Source: Novakomyces olei (Eukaryota). From it: a DNA stretch of 64,000 nt. The notes beneath the pieces are model-generated. The model saw nothing but the letters and a program-made list of their open reading frames with translations, did not search any database and was not told the origin of the DNA. Location of the stretch: positions 806,001 through 870,000 of the forward strand of contig JADEYG010000004.1 in NCBI GenBank assembly GCA_016906335.1. The letters are read 5' to 3'. A program made the translations under genes and the position numbers. Shown one piece after another: positions 59,208 to 64,000 of this stretch. How positions within the stretch are numbered: the stretch's first letter is position 1; every line of letters starts with the position of its first letter.

Positions 59208-62200
59208 CTAACTATTGAGCGATACTGCCCTTTGAGATGACAAGAGTTCGTGAGACTCTAATGCGTCAAAGAACTCGTCATCCGTGCCCATAGTATTTCC
59301 TGGAGAAAGCATCTTCATCATAGCCGACCCAGACCCGAGAGCAACAGCAGCAACACTTTTCCCCGAGCTTGATTGAGGCGAATTTGTCGTGAAATTATTA
59401 TCCTGGTGCTGTTGAAACTGCTGAGAAGCCCAACGCTGAGCTATGGGAGAAGTAGGGCTGCAGAGATCATTACTGACCCGGACCATACTGCATTTCCTGC
59501 CTTGGAGGTAAATGTCTCGGCCGTTTGTAGCTCTTCGGACAACTTCATTCGGTGGCCGATGGGGCATTGCTGGTGAGCTCGTACCACCGCCAGGCGACTC
59601 GGGTCGAAGTCGAGAAGCAGCTGAACGGAAACTGGTACTGCGCCGATGCTTAGATGCTGCTTCTTGCTGCTGAAGTGGTTCAACAACAGAATCGCATACT
59701 GGATGAGACGAGGCCGAGTAAGTACTGGAAGTACTTGCTGGCTTAGGCTTTGCTTTCTCTGCATAATTAAAGCAGTCTTGTGAGCCAGTGCTCACCCGTA
59801 AACTGGCAGAAGGGACACGAGCATTATTGTTATTAACGTTATTGTCATTAACGTCATTATTTTCATGACTGCTGTCCCTTTTTCTCAAGATGTCTGCATC
59901 ATTAATTCCCACAATACTCTCTTTGCCCGGCCGCTTATCACGAACCTCGTGTTTGCGCCTTGTTTCCATAAACACTTCGAGCTTTTCGTGTCTGTAGTAT
60001 AAATCTTGTTCCAAGATCTGTCTTTGCGTCTCCAGTTTCGCCATCTGTACCTTTAGGATCTTATCTCTCCGTACCACACTGTTCGCAGCATTGATGAGAA
60101 AGGTACGTGTACGCTGGCGCAGGGGCATTAGGCAGCAAATGTTGGAGAACTTGGTCGCATTGGCCGCTAACTGGGCCCTTAAAACAAGACATTTATCATC
60201 AATATCCTGAAGCCCTGTTTGCCCCTTCAAATTGAACACTGATGGCGGGCTGCTCACACTTGAGCTTTCCTCGCTGGGCAAAAGATTGAAAGGAAGCGCT
60301 GAACCTATGGCAGAGTAGGCAGAAACAAAATTGATCCGACTCACGAAATCATGAGCCAGCTGTGGCGAATCACAGCGCATTAATTCTTCCACAGGAGAGC
60401 CTCCGCTGGCCACAGCCAGACAGAATGACGAGGTACTGTGGTACGAGGCAGTTGTACAATACGCAGTCAAGGCCGATACAGGCCAAACTTTAAAGGGCTG
60501 AAGGCTTGAGACACGCGAGACGTTGCGAGAGTCAGTTCTCAGCTGAGCCATCAGAGGTTTCATCCATGCAAAGGAACGAAACAGCATAAATCGTGTTGGG
60601 GTCAGTAGGCACCCGTACCGCTTCCACTGCACTCTTCCCAGCCTCGACTCCTGCCTTTCAATAATGCTTATATTCACAATCGGGACATGCGCGGTGGAGG
60701 GTGAACGCTCTTCCGGGTTTGATAGCTTTCGTGGTAAGAATCCGCCAAACCTGCCGGCCGCATGGCCCAAGGACGGCTTGGGCTCTATTTGCAAAGTAGG
60801 GGCTGTTTCAATCGAGGCCAAAATGCGCCGATACCCTGGATCTACCGCTGGAGTAGAACAGTAATGGCCCTTGCCGATTTGGCGATGAAGCGCATCTTTT
60901 TCTCGGTCTCCAGTCTTGTCTGCATTTCGGCAATCACCACCATCATCAATCTGCTCAATCTGATTAATCTGATCATTTTCGTCTCGTTTTGCATCTCGAC
61001 CAGAAGCATCTTTGGGCATACAATACGGAGCCGACACTTGAAAGTCGAGCCTTTTCGTAGCCAGAAACTTGCCTGTGCGCAAACTGTAAATTGAATTGTT
61101 CAGCATACTGGAATAAGGCTCAATAGTATCACGGCTGCCCGGGCCAGTGCCCCGTCCGAGTGCAGCGAGATACAGGCCCGATTCACTGCTTGAATTCCCA
61201 TTATCCGTACTAGCGGCACTATCGCTGTTCGACCCGATACCACCGCTGCTGCTGCCCACTTGGCAGCCGATCGCGTCGAAATCGACATCATCATCAAACT
61301 TGAGAAACGGGGCAAACGCTATATTATCGTAAAAATACTCTAGAACTTCGCGGGAAACGCCCTCCGTCCTGGCAATACGGCAAAACTCGTCCTTTTGCAT
61401 CTTGTGCTTATTGTTGGCGTTGAAAATGTCCGTGTGTAGCATCATCAGAGCAAAAGCGAGAAAGTAGCATTGCTCAGACGAAGGGTACAGGCTCACATTG
61501 CAATCATAGTACCTGCGGGCAAAGGCTTCAAGCAGCCGGTCGATTTGGAACGTTTCGCTCGGGATAAAAACTTCCATCAGCAACCGTCGCAGTGCGATAT
61601 CCAAGGGCAGTTGAGCAAAATCGAACTTTAGCAGGTACTGTGCCAAACAGTCTCTATGGAACTGCGTGTCTGCCTGAGCAAGTACAGCGACAACTGCGCT
61701 CGGCGGAACGAGCTGCAGCAGCCTGCAAATATAAGCGTCTACGCTTTCGCCTTTTTCGTGTTTTGGAGGCTTCAGACAATGCTCATCGTCGGACCTGTGG
61801 CTGTTGAGTCTCAGCAATTGCACTGTTCTCCCGTGCGCTGCACGAGGACTCGCTACTTTTTTCACTGCTTCAAGCGAGGCCAAAGACGAGGCCGTTGAAG
61901 CCCGGTTTCTGGCTCCAATATTGTCGACCCGTGCCGCTGGTGTCGCGGGGAAAGATCTCACAGACAAAAGAGACTGATTGCTTGGCTGCCGGGACATGGA
62001 TCTGGGCGCCTGTGCTTCCTTTTGCTTGTGCCTGTGACTGGTGAAAAAGTCGCGTACGAGGGAGGAGAGGGTGGTAGCGGACGCAGAATGATTTTGGTTC
62101 AAAGAGCTACCATTATTGCTGCCATTATTGCTGCCACTAATGTTACTCGTGCTGTTTCTCGGCGAGCTCGTTTGAGGTTCCGAGAACCGTACAGCCGCTG

Positions 62201-62288
62201 CTGCCGCTGCCGCTATACTCCCGGCTGTTGTGTCAGACTTTGCACGTAAACGGGACCGCACATTGGCCCCCCGGCCGGCCTCCGTCAT
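59208..62288 (-). CDS. SYT1: Arf guanine nucleotide exchange factor with Sec7 and PH-like domains (Syt1-like)
   Basis: FDF..LPLDIALRRLLM..PSETFQIDRLLEAFARRY, LAFALMMLHTDIFN.NNKHKMQK, VLEYFYDNI and WKRYGCLLT. Confidence 0.85.
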   Translation of the reverse strand: MTEAGRGANVRSRLRAKSDTTAGSIAAAAAAAVRFSEPQTSSPRNSTSNISGSNNGSNNGSSLNQNHSASATTLSSLVRDFFTSHRHKQKEAQAPRSMSRQPSNQSLLSVRSFPATPAARVDNIGARNRASTASSLASLEAVKKVASPRAAHGRTVQLLRLNSHRSDDEHCLKPPKHEKGESVDAYICRLLQLVPPSAVVAVLAQADTQFHRDCLAQYLLKFDFAQLPLDIALRRLLMEVFIPSETFQIDRLLEAFARRYYDCNVSLYPSSEQCYFLAFALMMLHTDIFNANNKHKMQKDEFCRIARTEGVSREVLEYFYDNIAFAPFLKFDDDVDFDAIGCQVGSSSGGIGSNSDSAASTDNGNSSSESGLYLAALGRGTGPGSRDTIEPYSSMLNNSIYSLRTGKFLATKRLDFQVSAPYCMPKDASGRDAKRDENDQINQIEQIDDGGDCRNADKTGDREKDALHRQIGKGHYCSTPAVDPGYRRILASIETAPTLQIEPKPSLGHAAGRFGGFLPRKLSNPEERSPSTAHVPIVNISIIERQESRLGRVQWKRYGCLLTPTRFMLFRSFAWMKPLMAQLRTDSRNVSRVSSLQPFKVWPVSALTAYCTTASYHSTSSFCLAVASGGSPVEELMRCDSPQLAHDFVSRINFVSAYSAIGSALPFNLLPSEESSSVSSPPSVFNLKGQTGLQDIDDKCLVLRAQLAANATKFSNICCLMPLRQRTRTFLINAANSVVRRDKILKVQMAKLETQRQILEQDLYYRHEKLEVFMETRRKHEVRDKRPGKESIVGINDADILRKRDSSHENNDVNDNNVNNNNARVPSASLRVSTGSQDCFNYAEKAKPKPASTSSTYSASSHPVCDSVVEPLQQQEAASKHRRSTSFRSAASRLRPESPGGGTSSPAMPHRPPNEVVRRATNGRDIYLQGRKCSMVRVSNDLCSPTSPIAQRWASQQFQQHQDNNFTTNSPQSSSGKSVAAVALGSGSAMMKMLSPGNTMGTDDEFFDALESHELLSSQRAVSLNS

Positions 62289-62982
62289 GGATTCCAGACA
62301 AGTGCTGGCGCACAGTTTGCCCTCTCTTTGGGCCCGCAGCTGTTTGCGATCGCGTGCGTGGAGAGAGCAGCCAAACGAACCAGTGACCGCGGGTCGGGTA
62401 ACTGCGCGTTTGCTGTGTCAAACTGGGCTGTACCACGCTGCAGTCTCACCCCATTGCGAAGCTGACAGTCCTGTATGGGTTAAGCTTCACTTTGTTAGGT
62501 TTGTAGGGTAAATGTAGTGTTTATATATGATGTATTACGTTGGTACTGATAATCGTCAATGTTTGTAGTGAACAAAGTGTCGTATACAGATAATTGTCGC
62601 TGTAACGTTGTTTTCGCTATACGTTGTTCAACAAAGTGTGATATGTCGTTGTTATTTTCGCCATAACGTTATTTTCGCTCTTCGTTGTTTAATGTAAAAG
62701 TGTCAAACATCGCACGTGCAGTAATACTGCACTATCCATACGATAATATTATGTCACATACGCGAACGCTAAAGTGTGGTGGAGGATTAATGCTGAAAAT
62801 AAGTGTACGTATGGACACGAAATTGTACATTATCGGCAATGCCCTCGCCTACACTGTTACAAACGTATTTATTATATTATGCGAGCCTAATGTTGGGAGA
62901 GCACGATATACCGAGGATTGATGATATACTGAGATCAAATGATATATTGAGGATCAAATGATACTATGAAGTGACCGCCACA

Positions 62983-64000
62983 ATGAACTTTTGGTCTTGC
63001 TCAGGGCTTGTTTGTTTCTTAGCGCTGTGGGTGCTCGTGCCGCCCATTTATGCCTTTGAGTGGCCCTTCGCCTACGCCTCACGGCGGCCCGGGTACTTGC
63101 TGGAAAGCAACCTGTACCGGTACAGTGGAGAGCAGATCGTCCGGGTCTGCTCTACCCCGGAGACACCAAACTTGTTCAATCAAGCACGTGTAAGTAGAGG
63201 CCGTTTGATTGATTGATTGGTTAAATAATTAACATGCAGAGCTTGGGAGCCGATGTTTGGGGAAGGCATAATGGCAGCTGTATGGATATGCGAATCAATG
63301 CAGAGCAGAAATCTTGGCTGCAATTGCAAAATGCGTCCTGCCAAACTGTCGCTGACGATATTCCCGCGCTAATAAGCTCTTGTGCAAATACGAAGCATAT
63401 CTCTTTCTTTCAACAGTACCACGATTACGCTACAATTCGTAGCTGGTTGAAGCTGAGAGCCGATTGGTTTCGGCAGCGGGTGGAGTACCAATCTGTCGGC
63501 CAAACTGCTCAAGGCCGTGATATTCCGGCTCTTCAGGTCACTGCGATCAACCTGACACGGCCAACAACAACACCAAATCGTGCTATTTTTATTGTAGCAG
63601 GCTTGCACGCTCGAGAATGGATCGGAGTCTCTACAGCCCTGTACTTGGCAGAACGGTTGACGGCTGATTACGAATCAGGTGATCCGCTTACTCGAGAGCT
63701 GCTTGAAGAGTTTGTGTTCTACATCATCCCCGTACTAAATCCAGACGGGTACGCCTACTCTTGGGAACATGATCGACTGTGGCGGAAGAATAGGCAAAAC
63801 ACTACCCGGCCAGAGTGCCCCGGCATCGATCTGGACGCTAATTGGCCGTACGAGTTTGAGCGGAACCGCGTCCTTAACGAGTGCAGCGAAAATTATGGGG
63901 GAACCCAGCCTTTTGAAGCAGAGGAAGTTAGAGGCCTTCACGAGTATATACGGTCGATACAGAGGCAGCATGGGCTGCCTATAATTGGACTGCTTGACTT
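62983..64000 (+). CDS. ECM14: M14 metallocarboxypeptidase-like protein Ecm14 (3' truncated by window edge)
   Basis: Signal peptide, YSGEQIVR, AGLHAREWI, NPDGYAYSWEHDRLWRKNRQ, CPGIDLDANW, CSENYGG.QPFEA.E and LLD. Intron at about 63189-63238. Confidence 0.88.

Overview
Gene-dense, intron-containing ascomycete DNA. It is probably a non-Schizosaccharomyces member of Taphrinomycotina: Pik1, Bmc1, Asa1 and the MTRR-like gene resemble fission-yeast orthologues, yet a complex I subunit is present. This placement is inference. About 27 protein genes are recognisable, mostly housekeeping: the ACC1 3' part, RPS14, POL1, RPL7, PIK1, a DUF1996-WSC protein, NDUFB3, a hexokinase, Bmc1/Bin3, RFC5, an MTRR-like reductase, LOA1, a DUF4243 protein, SEC8, RAD14, ATP7, eIF4E, UFE1, ASA1, MHR1, a LAG1/LAC1 ceramide synthase, SYT1 and the ECM14 5' part. 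There are also two convergent intron-containing tRNA-Gly(GCC) genes, an intronic snR39/59-type C/D snoRNA and many long A/T-skewed microsatellites. The most notable observation lies in the 2.7 kb gap with no credible protein gene between MHR1 and LAC1. It holds a minus-strand sequence with the nested double-pseudoknot layout of an HDV-like self-cleaving ribozyme (54995-55093), a tandem sister copy 166 bp away that has lost the catalytic core, and a probable decayed third copy 32 kb away. Together these suggest a small non-coding, ribozyme-bearing repeat family. Other highlights are a Pol alpha lacking its first C-terminal zinc site, a stand-alone TFIIS central-domain gene, an identical 15-nt promoter motif about 70 nt upstream of both ribosomal protein genes, a cluster of secreted WSC proteins and a speculative telomerase-RNA candidate. 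All calls were made by eye without tools.
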